From NCBI GenBank assembly GCA_964106915.2, contig OZ066931.1: a stretch of 64,000 nucleotides of DNA. One strand, 5' to 3'. Each line of letters opens with the position of its first letter. Within the stretch, counting starts at the first letter, position 1. Shown one piece after another: positions 63,476 through 64,000 of the stretch. Origin of the DNA: Podarcis gaigeae (Eukaryota). The position numbers and the translations under genes were made by a program. The notes under the pieces are model-generated. The model saw only the letters and a list, made by a program, of their open reading frames with translations. It ran no database searches and was not told the origin of the DNA.

Positions 63476-63609
63476 CTGTACAGGACGTAGCCGTCGGTGT
63501 CCAGGGACAGCCCGCAGTCCAGCTCGCTGTCCCCAGCGGCCTCGCCTTCCGCCTCCAGGTGAGGAGCGCAGGGCTCGGGGTCTAAGCCGCCTTCCCCGTC
63601 CGCCATCAT
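63476..63609 (-). CDS. FNTA: FNTA coding exon 1 (134 nt from the first of two tandem ATGs)
   Basis: Encodes MMADGEGGLDPEPCAPHLEAEGEAAGDSELDCGLSLDTDGYVLYR, then |GTATGT. The SLD...YVLYR end matches FNTA exon 1. Second ATG at 63606. Confidence 0.9.
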
Positions 63610-63900
63610 CACAGCCGCCTCCCGCCCACCCCGGAAGAGAGGAAGCGGCGGAGGCTTCCCTATGAGGAACAAGCTCCGCCCCGCGCCATAGAGGCGCAGC
63701 TGCTGGGCCTAGAGCGCCTCCATCACGAAAGAGCCGCACGGGAAGGAACGGGAGAGATTCACAGCGCCCTCCTCTCTCTCTCCGCCAACGGGAACAAGGC
63801 TTTTGCCATAGAGATAGTAAAGCGGAAGTCGCCTCACCGGAAGTGTTGGAAGAACAAGATGCCCAAAGAGCTTTGCGTTCCTTAGTTCCACTTCGGGTAC
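63480..63900 (-). promoter_or_regulatory. FNTA: FNTA CpG-island promoter with tandem ETS (GABP-type) sites and a GC box
   Basis: CpG-rich; CGGAAGT at 63823-63829 and ACCGGAAGTG at 63836-63845; CCGCCCC near 63676; YY1-like ATGGCG overlapping the start codon. Confidence 0.75.
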
Positions 63901-64000
63901 TCAGTTGAACGCCTTTATTGCCATATGCAGGGCATCGTGGGGCTTTTCATCATCTGTACTGTACCTTTAATATATATATTGATCTATATTGATAAATAGC

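Noticed and set aside
63610-63672. Upstream in-frame extension of FNTA (MFLIGKPPP...)
   Set aside because: It starts at TTG, has no recognisable FNTA similarity, and the ATGATG at 63609 is an adequate start.

Overview
Vertebrate genomic DNA, most likely a squamate (lizard, probably lacertid, inferred from Sauria SINEs, Bov-B and tRNA-Lys/CR1-tail SINEs). It holds two complete protein-coding genes, both on the minus strand in tandem. FNTA (farnesyltransferase/GGTase-I alpha subunit) has 9 coding exons at 63609..49859 and encodes 360 aa. KCMF1 (ZZ/C2H2 zinc-finger E3 ligase) has 7 coding exons at 42464..1405 and encodes 381 aa. Each gene has a CpG-island promoter. Both models were assembled by hand: the exon phases close and the CDS totals (1083 and 1146 nt) are multiples of three. 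KCMF1 intron 4 is a minor-spliceosome (U12) AT-AC intron. Introns and the intergenic spacer are dense in transposable elements, several nested and with intact target-site duplications (TSDs). There are three N gaps. I found no convincing new multi-gene system. The best leads are the AT-AC intron, two unexplained fold-back structures (39899-40124 and 63307-63433), a CR1-in-Bov-B junction with an inverted templated filler, and structured KCMF1 5' UTR elements. Repeat family names come from recall, not from a database search.
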